Both the position numbers and the translations under genes were made by a program. Shown one piece after another: positions 48,247-61,089 of a DNA stretch of 64,000 nucleotides. Numbering within the stretch: the first letter of the stretch is position 1; each line of letters starts with the position of its first letter. Source of the DNA: Azolla caroliniana (taxonomy: Eukaryota > Plantae > Polypodiophyta); contig JBHGNT010000003.1 of NCBI GenBank assembly GCA_043228905.1, positions 14,136,001 through 14,200,000 of the forward strand. Reading direction: 5' to 3'. The notes below the pieces were generated by a model that did not search any database, was not told the DNA's origin, and saw only the letters and a list, made by a program, of their open reading frames with translations.

Positions 48247-51200
48247 TGTCGTGAAGAATTTCGGCCAGAGGCGGAAACCGAGAACATTGGCTACATCGGT
48301 AGGGTGCAACGTGTGTACGCACCCATGTACGTTTAGTTTGAATATCGAGGGCGCCTTTATGGCACCGAAGAGTAGTCAAGTCGGGACAGACGATCCCATG
48401 TAAGTCGGGATTTATCCCACATTGTAACGCATCCCTCTCCTTGTTCTATAAAAGGAAGGGAACGCCCTTTGTGAAAGGGTTGCCCATTTTGCATTAGAGG
48501 CTATACCGTTAGGTTTAGAGATTTTCTTCTTCTTCTTCTCCCCCTTCGTGTTCGCTTAGGGTTTGCTTCAGCTCATCTCCTGCGCAAGACCCCGCTCGGC
48601 GCAACGAGCCCGTGAGCTCCCCGACCGACGGCTTGGCAGCTGACGACTATTGTAACCTACCTTGGTCCGGCTCGAAGCCGGGAATGTATTCTTCTGTTTA
48701 TATATATATATTTGCGTCTGTCTGCATATTCGCGTCTCTGTCGGTGTCGGGTGCTTCCCCTTTTCTGCGTTTCCTGTACATAAGGGCGTGAGTCGTGTCG
48801 GCATGTGTGTGTATGTGCGTGTGTGTGCGTGAGTCGGTGTTAAGCGCACGCTCCCTCTCTTTCTCTCTCTCCCTTCGGTCGCTTCCGGTGTTCTTCTGGG
48901 GTCCCCGGAAACGGTGAAGCACGACTTCCTATGCTCTGTCACTCCCTGGTCCAAGACCCCCGTGGTCCCGCCTTTCTCCACGCACGCGCGTAACAACGCG
49001 ACATATTTGGTGAACCCGACGTGAAAGGCGGCAAGGGAGGATGGAGTCGGAAGACGACGACCTCGCGGAGATGGTGGCCGAAGTGGTATTGGAGTCGGCA
49101 CAAGTGGTGATGAGGCGAGAAGCAGCGCAACAAGCGGTTGAGCGAGTGGTCGAAAGAGTCGGTCGTTTCAACGGGGACAAAGTCCCATCTTACATGGAAG
49201 CTTACAATGTGGAAATGAGGAGCGTGGCGTAGACGAGGCGTTGAGGCTGGAGTTCTTTTGTCGGGTCGTAGCTGTCCGGATGCATGCGGAAATAAAGGAG
49301 CTCCATGAGGCTCATAGTTCGTGGGAGGCCTTCGAAGAGGCGCTCCTGAAGGCATACGGAGGACGGCTGAAGAGCCGGGGACGGCACGACTTCGACCAGT
49401 GGGTAGCAACGGCAAAGACCCACCGAGGCGCTGCCAAGGCGTTTCGAGAGTTCGAGCGGCGGCTTGCTCGGCTCCCGGAGCGGGAACAAGGTTTGGTGGG
49501 GGCGGACAAGGTCCTTTTGTTCGTCAGGTCGATCGACCGAGCGGAACGGGAGGCCATTGGGATTGAGCTCGAAGACGATGATGGAGCGAATGGGCTTACG
49601 GAGGACTGGTCGAAGGTCAGAAGGGTGTGCCAACGGCTAGACAACGAGCGAGCCGAGAAGGCTAAGAGGAAGGTATGCGACGGCGTGCCATCACAGCGGG
49701 AAGAGGTCGAACGGCAAAGAGAGTCGGCAAGGGTTGGCGTTGGGGCCAGGATTGCGGAGGCGTACGCAGCTCTCGAGGCGATGCTCGAGGAAGAGGAAAG
49801 ACGGGGGCCGCAAGCCGAGACTGAGAAGGCGGACTTGCCCCACGCGACGGCGGAAGATCGGTATGTCGGTACCACGGGGGAGGGTGCGGAACGAAACACC
49901 CTCTCGACTTGCGGAGAAAGAACGACCAAGGACGAGGCCGAGATACAGATCGTGGAACCGGCACGTTGGGACCAGCAGTTTCGGGCGTGTCAGCCCGAGA
50001 TCCCAGTCATTGGAGAAGCAAGCCCAGACGGGGCTTGCGCGATCGGTAAGAAGACGACCGCCGACCACAAAGAGTCGGTGGCTACGGACAAGGCCGTAAA
50101 ACGGACGGGCGATTCTTTGTGTCTTCCCACACTTGCTCCCGGGACGATGGCAATCGGGCCCGAGTGCCCACGTGAGTCCCAAGCGGAGGAAGGCGGCGGC
50201 GAAAGGCCAAGAATCACTGGCAAGACGATACGGGGAAGGAGCGGACGAAAGACCACGGACCCAATTCCGGAGAACTCGGCCTTCGGGCCCGTATGCCCAT
50301 GTAAGACCAAGGAGATGGATGGCGGTACCGAGGAGTCCTGGCACGATGCCAGCGAAGAAGGATGGGAAACGGCCTGTGAGGAGGCCGAGGACGGAAGCGG
50401 CACGAGGAAATCGGCATTCCGTTACGGGTAGAGCGTGATCCGGTCGTGGATTGTTCGATCGGGGCCGGATTCGGCATGAAAGTGCCGAAACGGAAGAGGG
50501 TGCGGGACGAGCCGCCCTCTTTTACATGGGGAGAAAGACCGACCAGGCGAAGGTCGAGATTTGGAACGGGAATGAAAGCCGGTCCTATGGGATTCCTTAC
50601 ATTGATTCGGCCTCTGGCGTGAGTGCCGGCGTGAGTCCTATAAGAGAGATCGGTGGTGACAGGAGAACGGGACTCGGCAATCCGGAGGAAGACGAACGAA
50701 CCCGAGCGAGAACCGGGCGGAGCGAACTCCCGGATGACCATTCCGGGAGGGAGGAAGAGAGCTGGCCTACGAAGAGGCCGAGGACACGGTACGTCGGTAC
50801 CACGGGAGAGGATGCGGAACAAAACGCCTTCTCGGCATGCGGAGAAGGACGACCCGGGACAGGGTCGGGAAGACAAATCAGAGGTCTAAGGAGGATCCTC
50901 CACACTTCGGCAGTCGGCAACGCGGTCGACGTAAGACCAAGATACTGACGGTGGCGGCGAGGTGACGAAGGCAAAGGGGCTACGGATGGGCAGTCTACGG
51001 AGGATCCTTCACACCGGTTCTAGAGACTTCGGCGGTCGGCAACGCGGTCGACGTAAGACCAAGATACTAACGGTGGCGGCGAGGTGACGAAGGCAAGGGC
51101 GGAACGGAGTCCGGTCCTACGGGATCCCCACACTTAACCAGAGACTCCGGCAGTTCGGCCAACGTGGCAACATGAGACCGAGAGAGAAGGTTGGTGGCGG

Positions 51201-53251
51201 CGGGAAACGGGACCCGACTAAGCGGAAGACACAAGGAGAGTTCGGGAGGGACTCAAACAGAAGACACCCGAATTACGGCAGACATAGAAACGGAGTCCGG
51301 TCCTATGGGACCCTCACACCGATCCGGAGACCACGGCTGATCAGCCGACGGGGCGATGTAAGACCGATGGAGAAGGACGATGGCGGCAGGGAATGGGACC
51401 CGACGACATGAGATTTCGGAAGGAGCTGGTAGGGGCAAACACGGGGAGGTGCGTCAGGCCGGAAAGGCACACCTTGGACAGAACAAGGGTCTCGCAAGTG
51501 GCCATCGCGGGCCGGATCGAAGCGTGACTACGGGACGGTGTTCGCCGCGGGCGGGGCCGAACGAAGGAAGCGGAAGACGGCACAAGGGAGGTGCCGGGAA
51601 TGAGGTGACAAGTGCCTAGTGGACTGCACAGAGTCGGAGTCAGGGGATGGCAAGAGAGGCCGGAGGAGGATCCTCCACACTCACTTCGTAGATCTCGGTA
51701 GCTCCGTCGAAGTAGCGAAGACTGACACGGCAAGCCGGGATGACAAGCTGGTGGGGGCGAGGGGACGACGGCAAGCGGAAGGCTCAGGACCTATCGCGGC
51801 AGCACAAAGACGGGAAGGGCCAAGCGGGCTACTACGGGGTGTTCCTCGGATGCAAAGGACACCGGTATGTGGGTGAGCGGCGATGCACGATCTGGCCGGA
51901 AAGGGGGCCGACAAGGAGTGCAACACACGTAGTGCCAAACAACGGACAAGGGTATGCGGCACACAGAGGTGCCGGAGCAGAAAGGCGAGCGCGGAGATAG
52001 GTTGCGCGGTTCGGAGGTAGCGCGGAGAAGGCCGGAAAGGGGATCCTCCACACCGTTCCGGAGACCATGGCGGTTCAAGCCGACGCGGCGATGTAAGACC
52101 ATGGAGAAGGAAGGTGGCGGCGAGAGGACGAGGGCAACGCGAAACGACATGGGACGGCAATCAGGACGACGCGAATGATCAACGGAGGCCAAGCGGGCCA
52201 CTACGGGCATGCCTCAAGCGGAGGACATCGGGCATACGACGGAGCGGGGCGTTCATACGGCCGAACAAGGGCCAGCGGAAGTACGCGTAATACGGAGATC
52301 GCGGCCGAGGACCCATCGACGGGATGAACGAGCTACGAGGAGGTAAGCGCAAAGGGAGAATCGAGGCCGACGGGTCAAACCGGCAGCGAGTCGGGATGCG
52401 GATCACGGAAGACCGGTTTCTCACCGGCCGAAATCTCTCACCCTTCAATCAGACTTGGCACATACTAGTGGATGTGCGGTTAGGTGGGGGCGGATGTCGT
52501 GAAGAATTTCGGCCAGAGGCGGAAACCGGGAACATTGGCTACATCGGCAGGGTGCAACGTGTGTACGCACCCATGTACGTTTAGTGTGAATATCGAGGGC
52601 GCCTTTATGGCGCCGAAGAGTAGTCAAGTCGGGACAGACGATCCCATGTAAGTCGGGATTTATCCCACATTGTAACGCATCCCTCTCCTTGTTCTATAAA
52701 AGGAAGGGAACGCCCTTTGTGAAAGGGTTGCCCATTTTGCATTAGAGGGTATACCGTTAGGTTTAGAGATTTTCTTCTTCTTCTCCTCCCCCTTCGTGTT
52801 CGCTTAGGGTTTGCTTTAGCTCATCTCCTGCGCAAGACCCCGCTCGGCGTGACGAGCCCGTGAGCTCCCCGACCGGTGGCTTGGTAGTTGACGACTATTG
52901 TAACCTACCTTGGTCCAGCTCGAAGCCGGGAATGTATTCTTCTGTTTATATATACACATTTGCGTCTGTTTGCATATTCACATCTCTGTCAGTGTCGGGT
53001 GCTTCCCCTTTTCTGCGTTTCTTGTACATAAGGGCGTGAGTCGTGTCGGCATGTGTGTGTATGTGTGTGTGTGTGCGTGAGTCAGTGTTAAGCGCGCGCT
53101 CCCTCTCTTTCTCTCTCTCCCTTCGGTTGCTTCTGGTGTTCTTCTGGGGTCCCCGGAAACGGTGAAGCACGACTTCCTACGCTCCGTCACTCCTTGGTCC
53201 AAGACCCCCGTGGTCCCGCCTTTCTCCACGCACGCGCGTAACAACGCAACA
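48247..53251 (+). mobile_element. Non-autonomous gag-only Gypsy element with a tRNA-Trp PBS
   Basis: 757-bp LTRs at 48247-49003 and 52495-53251, TSD atgt/acgt, PBS tggtgaacccgacgtga at 49008-49024, G-rich PPT. No pol. Confidence 0.92.
49041..50431 (+). pseudogene. Gag-like ORF (one frameshift near 49230) with a low-complexity tail
   Basis: 'VGRFNGDKVPSYMEAY' and 'SWEAFEEALLKAY' Gag-like N-terminus directly after the PBS. Confidence 0.75.
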
Positions 53252-54279
53252 ACGTGACAAAGCCCATCCGACGCAGTTGTTGCGTGATCTTCGCGTTCCA
53301 AGCACGCGGGGCTTGCTTCAGTCTGTAAAGGGACTTCTTCAGTTGGCATACTACCGAGGAGTTCGTTCCAGAGTGAAATCCGGGAGGCTGTACCATGTAC
53401 ACCTGTTCCGCAAGGTCACCTTGCAGGAATGCATTCTTTACATCCATCTGATGTAGGTGCCACCCCTTCGCCACAGCTACTGCGAGCAAAACACGGACGA
53501 TCGTCATTTTCGCGACCGGCGCAAAAGTCTCATCGTAGTCCATGCCGTGTTTCTGCGCATAACCCTTTGCCACTAGCCAAGCCTTGTACCGGTTGACCGA
53601 GCCATCAGTGTTGTACTTGACCTTGTACACCCACCTACACCCGATCGGTTTTACCCCTGTTGGTGCGTCAACCAGGTCCCAGGTCTCGTTCTCCGCTAAT
53701 GCTTGCATCTCCTCCTCCATCGCGGCGCGCCAATTCGCGTCTTTAGCCGCTTCTGCCTAGCTCTCCGGCTCACGCACTTCCGCTACACGGGTCATGTACG
53801 CATAATGATGCGCCATGTACTCGTTGTATCCGAACCGCAAGACAGGGTTCTTCTGGCGGGTAGACCGGCGTAATCTCACATTAGCTGATGTCGAGGCCTT
53901 CTCGGTCGACACGGTCTTCACCTTTAAAGACCCGTCACCGGTTCCCACAGAGTCAGACTCGCGTCGGTCTGACTCGTTCCTATCCGTGCTGGAATCTGAC
54001 ACCTTCTTCTTCCCTTTCTCTTTGCGCGTAAGCCGTCTCCTCGGCTTCCTGCGCGGGGAATGCACAGCCGAGTCTCCACGACTCGCCGGCTCTTCATTAG
54101 ACTGGTCGTACCGACTTAGTCGTCCAATTGGTCCACTTAACCGGAGTGAAATCGGACTCTCTTCGCGGGTCTCGATTTCGGGCTCATCCGGAGGCATCTC
54201 GGCCTCGCTGACCTCATCGTCAGAGCTCGGATTGGAGTCGGGGGCAGGTACCAGGACGCGGACTCGTCAAACACAACGT

Positions 54280-54982
54280 TGTCGTGCCTTTCGGCTCCGG
54301 ATCGTTACGTGAGTCGGGTGGGAACCACCGAGGTTTTTGACTAGGAGGAAGAGGAATACAAATTAAGGCTAGTTATGAATAGTAGAAAGAGAAGTAAGAT
54401 AGCAATCTCGTGAATCCCACGAGTTTAGTGTATTTTAAACCATATTTAGATTATAAGAGTAATTTAGATGGCAAAATTCGTGAATCCCACGAATATATTA
54501 GATTGATCAATCCTTGTATATTAATCAACAACCTTATACATATTTCTCTCCTCCTTATATAAAGATGGAAGAGGCTAAACATGGCTTCATGCTTTTTCAC
54601 AAAAGTGTCCATGCACACTAAATGTGCATGTGATGGTTTGTTATTTCCTAAGTATAGGGCTCATGCACGCTAGATGTGCATGAGTCACTTTCAATGTCAC
54701 GTGTAAATAAAATATTCACACCCTAAAGAATACATGATTTTTACCTTTTAATAAAGGTATGTGTAAATAAAGGTCTTATATGTATTAAATCTATATGTAT
54801 AACATTAAAGATAAGTTATTACAATGGTAAAGTTGAAGTTTATCTACGTGGAGGTGTAGGGTTTGAATCTTGCCCTATGCACATGATAAATATTTTGATA
54901 TATTATTTATTTATTTATATGTATCTAAAATCGAATACATTATTTTATGGTTTTCACGTAGTGTGTGGAATACACTACGACA
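54280..54982 (-). mobile_element. Solo LTR, same family as 47053-47772
   Basis: 4-bp TSD acgt and the same termini. Confidence 0.9.
54810..54879 (+). ncRNA. tRNA-like module in LTR U3 (degenerate)
   Basis: Homolog of 47600-47669, with B-box ggtttgaatc. Confidence 0.6.
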
Positions 54983-57900
54983 ACGTCGCGGCTGACACGC
55001 GCTTGTTTGGTGCGAGGGTTATAGCACTTATAACCCTTCTGCTCGTCCGAGTAACCGACCAAGATGCACTTCTTGGCCTTTGCGTCCAGCTTCCTCCTTT
55101 TCTCCTTCGGTACATGCACATACGCAATGCTACCGAACACCCTCAAGTGTTGCAAGTTCGGCTTCGTTCCGAAATATAGCTCGTGCGCCGACACTTTGTC
55201 TCCGATCCGGTTTTGTATGTATACCGCGGTCCTTACCGCCTCGGCCCAGTAGAACTTGGGCAAGCTCTTCTCCTCCAGCATTGCCCGTGCCGCTTCCACA
55301 ACTGACCGATTCTTCCTCTCGGCCACGCCGTTCTGCTCTGGCGTGTATCTACAACTAAATTCGCGCCGAATTCCCATTTGTTGTAGATAACCGTTGAATT
55401 GACCAGAAAAGTACTCTTTCCCGCCATCCGACCGCAGGCACTTGATCTTTCGTCCCGTTTCCGTTTCCACTAACCTTTTGAGGTCCCAGAAACAGTCGAA
55501 GACTTCGCTCTTCCTCTCAATGAGGTAGATCCACGTGTGCCGAGTGTGGTCGTCAATGAAGGAGACGAAATATCGGCTCCCGCCAAGACTAACATTTTGT
55601 GCCAGCCCCCATACATCGGAGTGTATAAGGTCGAGCTTATTCTGGCTCTGGTTTCGCTCGTTTGGGAAAGGAAGTCGGTGTTGCTTCTCGAGCTGGCAGG
55701 CTTCACAAATTTGTGCTTTTCGGCCACTAAATTTGGGCAATCCGAATACTACCTGTTTCGATTGCAGATCTTGAAGCCGTTGGTGGTTGACGTGGCCTAT
55801 CCGCTTGTGCCACAAGTCGATGTCCGACTCGGTCTTTTGTCCCTTCGCGAACATTGCGGTGCCGCCGTCAGTGGAGTCAAGGATGAACATCCTCCCGTCT
55901 CTGCGCCCTTGCGCAATCACACGACCTTCTTCCTCAATGAAGCACCCGAGGTGTGTAAACCAAACCTCCATCCCTTGGTCGACGATCTGTCCGACCGAGA
56001 CCAAGTTTTTCGTGATTGTCGGGATGTGCAACACGTTCATGAGTTTCCCTTTCTGCCCGACATGGCTAAGGGGAACTTCTCCGACATTCGCGATCAGATG
56101 CGGAGTGTCGTCTCCAGTTGTGACTACTCCAGGTTGTATCGGTTTTTCAAGGTACGAGAACCACTCCTTATGGCTCGTCATGTGGTTTGACGCACCGGAG
56201 TCTACGTACCACACCTCGTCCGATCTCGGGGTAGTCTGTTTCATTGAGTTTGCTTCGTGTCTCGTCACGAAGGTAGTCCCTTCTCCGGCTCTCTCGGAGT
56301 CTTCGGCGTAGTGCGGTCACTGCCGATTTCCCTTGTCGGTATGTTTGGAACCGTTCCCGGAACCAGTTCTCTCCGAATCAGCGCGCTTCTTCCAGCACTC
56401 ACTTTCGCTGTGGCCTTTCTTGCCGCAGTACCAGCACTCCGCGATGGACTTCCCTTGCCGGTTCTCATCGCTTCGACTCCCCCTGTTTCCGAAGGGTCCG
56501 AAGTTGCTGTCGGCATCACTTCGGTGCCTTCTTCCTTGATCTCGTCGGCCGCTTCCATTGCGCGCCGACTCGCCTTGTCCTCCATGTCCACGGGGCCTAT
56601 CTCCCTCCGTGTACAACATTTTGCTGTCGGTGTGCGTGCTTGTAGACGCATCCGCGTGGTTCTCCTCTACCAGGAGCATCGACTGTATGTCGAAAAAGGA
56701 CGACGTATTCTCCCGGGTACACAGAGCCGTTCGGAACGCTCCGAACTTCGACGCCAAACCTCCGAGACAGATCTGAACCATCTCGCTCTCCTCGATGTTC
56801 ACCTCTATGGAGGCGAGGGAGTCACAGATATCCTTGATCTTCGAGGTATAGTCCGCCATCGACAAGACGCGTTGTCGTAGGTTGCTCAACTCCTGTCAGA
56901 GCTGAAGCTTCCTGGCTGTGGTGCTCGCTGCGAAAATCTTCTTCAGATTTTCCCATGCACCCTTTGGCGTCTTTGCATCCCTAACATAGCTCAATAGTTG
57001 TTCGCCCACACACGACGCGAAGCAGTACAATATCCTGCTCGCCGATTGCTCCCACGACGGGAAGTCTCTGTGTGTCGATTCGGGTGCCGCGTCATTAGCT
57101 CCTTCGACATAACTCTAGTAGTCATGCCCGAGCAGGTACTGGTGCATCTTGTAGGACCAAGACGCGTAGTTGGTTCTGTGAAGCTTCTTTGTGGGAAGTG
57201 AGCTCGCCATGCCTCTATCCATCGTTCTTCTCATTCTTCTTCGTCAAGGTGTGTCGGCTGCAGAGATGTTCTCAACCCTCGCGCTCTGATACCATGTAAA
57301 AAGTAGTGTGCGGAAGCAGGTATGAAGACGGAATAGAAGGAAGGAAACTCAGGTTCAATAGAGAGTTTGAGCTTACGCAATATACGCGGGAGAGACAGAG
57401 AGAGTGAGAGAGAACACAAGAACTATATTCAAGAATAATACTCAGTCTGTACATAAGACGTGCTCAGTGAACACTTTTATACAAGTCCTAGTAGGACTGA
57501 CTGAAGTACTGACAGTACTTCAATGCTCATCAAGAGCTCCTACACTAACTCCCAAATATATTCCTCACGGAATATATTTCCTAACGACCTCCCGGTTTAC
57601 GTACTCGGCCTAACCGATCGGTCCCAACCGATCCGGTCCTTGGCTTCTTCAGCCGATCCGGCCGATGTTGAGCTTGTCTCTCAACAGTCTAACATCAAAT
57701 AATCCATGAATTGTCAAAAACACAAAAACCAAACTAAGTTGTGAAAATAAAATAAAAAAATTACTAGATTAATCTATCTCAAGAAACTGTAGCAGAATTT
57801 AGTTGCAAAATATTTTGAACATTTTTTTGTGGGCTCATTATTAACTTCCTTGATCAAGCAATCTCTTGCTAAGTTCATTGCTTGTCACAACTAAATGCAT

Positions 57901-57988
57901 TCTTTTTTGGTGATCAATGGTGCTTCTATATCCAAAGGTGTGATTTGATGCGCTTCTACTATGTTTAACAAGATCTACATTTGCCCCT

Positions 57989-58666
57989 TGTTGAGCGAGC
58001 AAGGTCAATCGGATCCGGATCGGCTGAATAAGCCAGAGCCGAATCAATATCCGAAACGAAGAACTGGATCGGTGTCCGGATGATATCCGGAACTAGGAGC
58101 CAGATAGGATTGAAATCGGTAGGCCGTTAGAGGCCTACAGATCCAGCCTAGTACATAGGCATATTTTTGGGAGTCAGTGACAGTCGCTCGTATGAGCATT
58201 GAAGTACCTGTAAGTACTTCTGCAAGTTCTTTATGGACTTGTATAAAAGTGCTCTTTGAGCACATTCTATGTACACACAGAGGATTATTATTTTAGAATA
58301 GAGTTTTATGTTCTGGTCTCTCTCTGTCTCTCCCGTGTATGCTAAATATTCTCAAGCTTCCATTGAACCTGTGTTTTCTATTCTCTGTTCCTACATGGCT
58401 AAACCGGTTTTGTCAAGCTTCCGCACGCTAACTTTTTCATGGTATTAGAGTGCGAGGGTTAAGACTCCTCAGCAGTCGACATACGCTTTCGAAGACAAAC
58501 CCTAACACCCGGTGAAGAACAGTAGAGAACTGAAATGGACAAAGGTATGGCAAGTTTGCTTCTGACAGAAAATCTCGACCATAACAACTATGCATTCTGG
58601 TCATATGAAATGCACCAGTACCTGTTGGGGCATGGATATTGGAGCCATGTGGAAGGAACCAACGAA
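57989..58666 (+). mobile_element. 5' end of a Copia (LTR, PBS, gag start), interrupted at 58667
   Basis: LTR 57989-58439, related to the 45583 family. PBS tggtattagagtg. Gag 'NYAFWSYEMHQYLLGHGYW' from ATG at 58547. Confidence 0.88.
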
Positions 58667-61089
58667 TGTTACCCGTAGGAGTTGTATGGGGTGGTATAAG
58701 GGTAAAACACGTTAAACGGGTTGTTCGGTATGTGTAATGTATATGAGTGTGAGGATGAGTATGTGTGAGCACATGCACAATTATGTGCATGTGACAAGAA
58801 TGTAACGGTCTCTTTTTGTAACAGACATATTATTTACCGTTACATTATGTATTATATAAACCCCTTATGGGGCATGTAATGAGAGAGAGTTTTTTCCCCT
58901 CTCATTTGGTGTCATTTCCTATTTGTCTTTCTCTCTTGCTCTCTCTCTAACGTAACCCCCTTGGGAGGGGGGTGAACCCATTCTAGGCTTCACTCCCCAC
59001 CCCAACAACACTTTTGGCACGCCTGAATGGCCGACCCCCTTGAGAGGAAGTTTATGCCTCACTCTCCTTCTCCATCACTAATCTCTCTCTATCCCTCTCT
59101 CCGTCTGTGCTTGTTTCTGTGTTAGGGAGTGTGCTTTGTGCATCGATTTTGAGTGTGAGAACCAGCGTGTGATGGAGATTTCCACACTATCCCCTTGAGA
59201 GTCTCTCTCTCTCTCTCTCTCTCTCATCAAAGAGGCTCACACTTACCCCACGCATCCATCCATGAGAAACGATGACGAAGAAGACAGAAGAAGAACAACA
59301 AAGTACACAGATTAAAGAAGAAGCATCAAAGAGAGAAGAAGACAATGGCCCTATGTTACATCGATGCAGAAACAATCTCCAATCATCCTCTTCTTCTTCA
59401 CAGTTTCTTTGTGGACACAATGAACAATGCAGAAAAAGATTCGCTCTTCCTACTCAACCAGCAAACTATAGCTATCATCGAATCACAGATTCTTCTAAGA
59501 ATTCTTGCCATCTCTAGCTTCTCAGACGGGATTATTGCATATCGTGAAGAAGAAATTGAAAATTGTTGAATATTTCAGACAATTTCGTGTCAAAGGCAGG
59601 GGATTGATGGCAAAATGCATGAATGAGTCGGAAGTGCACCGGAATCTACAGCGACACCGGGGTTAGGAACCACCTCATCCTCTAGCATAGCTTCTCTACT
59701 AGCGGCTCCGCCATGCACCAGGGCGGTGCCATGGCGTCGACTAGGAAGCTCTCCCTCTCCAGCCATCTGCCCGCTCAAAGATTTAACAACAAGAAGCCCA
59801 CCAAGTGACGGCGAACGACGACAGCAGGAAGACGGAGAGGACCGGACGAAGAGGAATATTGCAGACAATGCCGACAGAGACAATGGTGGAGATGGCCAGA
59901 ATGGCCAACCAACCGATGGTCGGACAGTGGCCGCAGCTACAGCAGTCAGACTGGCCGGAATGGTTGAACAGTGGCCAGAGTGGCAGCAATCGAACAAAGG
60001 TGATTGTAGAACAACAGCTGAATGGCGGCGGGGATTTGCCGGACAGTGGCCGACAGTGGCCGAATAGTGGTTGAACAATGGCAATTCCCCGGACAACGGC
60101 CGTAGTGGCGGCAATCGAACAACAGTGATTGCAAAACAGCGGCCGAATGGCGGCGGTGATTTGCCAGAAAGTGGCCGATAGCAGCCAAGTGTTGGTCGAA
60201 CAATTGCAATTGCCCGAACAGCGGCTGAGTGGCGGCGATGAATGGCCGAGAGCATGGCTGAGAGCACAGCCGAGAACTGTGGCCAAGACTACGGTCGAGA
60301 CGCGTGGTTCAGAGTACAGCCGAGACGCGGATGACGGCCGATATGCGTGGCCGAGAGTATGGCCAAGAGACGCACGGCCGAGAAGACGGCCGAGACGCGC
60401 AGTCGTGAGTATGGCCGGGACCCGCGGCCAACAGTACGGCCAAGCGAGACGCATGACCGAGAGCTGACGAAAATACGGCCGAGATGCATGGCCGAGAGTA
60501 CGGCCGAGACGCGCGCTCAAGAGTACGGTGACCGAGAGTAGGGCTGAGTGACGGCCACGAAGACACAAACAGAGATGAAAACAGAAAGCAGAAGAAGAAA
60601 AGAAAGAAGAAAAAGAGGAGAGAGAAGGAAACGAAGAAAGAGAAGAGGGGTATGAAGAGAAAATTTCAAAAACATAAGGGCAGAGAAGATGAAAGTTCAA
60701 AAGCTCAAGGGCATGACTTGAGATTTCAAAAAGTGGAGACCAAGGGTATAAAATATAAAGCTCAATTCACATGACGAAACCGAAAAATACACATACATGT
60801 AACAAAATCATGAAAGGCCCATGCCGTAATGGAGGACAATTGGTGTGTGATCCAATTGAGTGACATGCTGACCGAACGAGAAGGTTCAAGTCAAGCAATG
60901 CTCTGATCGAAGTTATCGATCGTAGAACTATGATTCGGTCGATGGATTTCCGACCGTTGAGACGACTGATGGAGTTTAGGTCGTTAATAGTTGCCATGGC
61001 GAGTGGGTTCACCGTGCGATGCACTGTCCCACAGGCGTGTCATGTGTTACCCGTAGGAGTTGTATGGGGTGGTATAAGGTAAAACACGT
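58667..61089 (+). mobile_element. Non-coding, non-autonomous LTR element; 3' LTR interrupted at 61090
   Basis: 5' LTR 58667-59010, PBS tggcacgcctg at 59015-59025, second LTR from 61045 (tgttacccgtaggag...). Internal GC-rich tandem repeats at ~59900-60545. Confidence 0.85.
61003..61042 (+). other. tRNA-3'-half-like motif in the PPT position (copy 4)
   Basis: gtgggttcac-cgtgcgatgcactg-tcccac-aggcgtg-tca, then tg and the LTR. The LTR start is independently fixed by the 5' LTR at 58667. Confidence 0.8.

Larger units (their letters stand above)
45583..57686 (-). mobile_element. Decayed full-length Ty1/Copia with three nested insertions
   Basis: 392-bp LTRs at 45583-45974 and 57295-57686, TSD gtcta, Met PBS at 57283-57294. 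Gag ATG at ~57210; PR, INT, RT and RH fragments down to 45969. Confidence 0.95.

Noticed and set aside
59590-60700. Long overlapping ORFs (225-305 aa)
   Set aside because: They result from GC-rich tandem repeats and show no recognisable domains.
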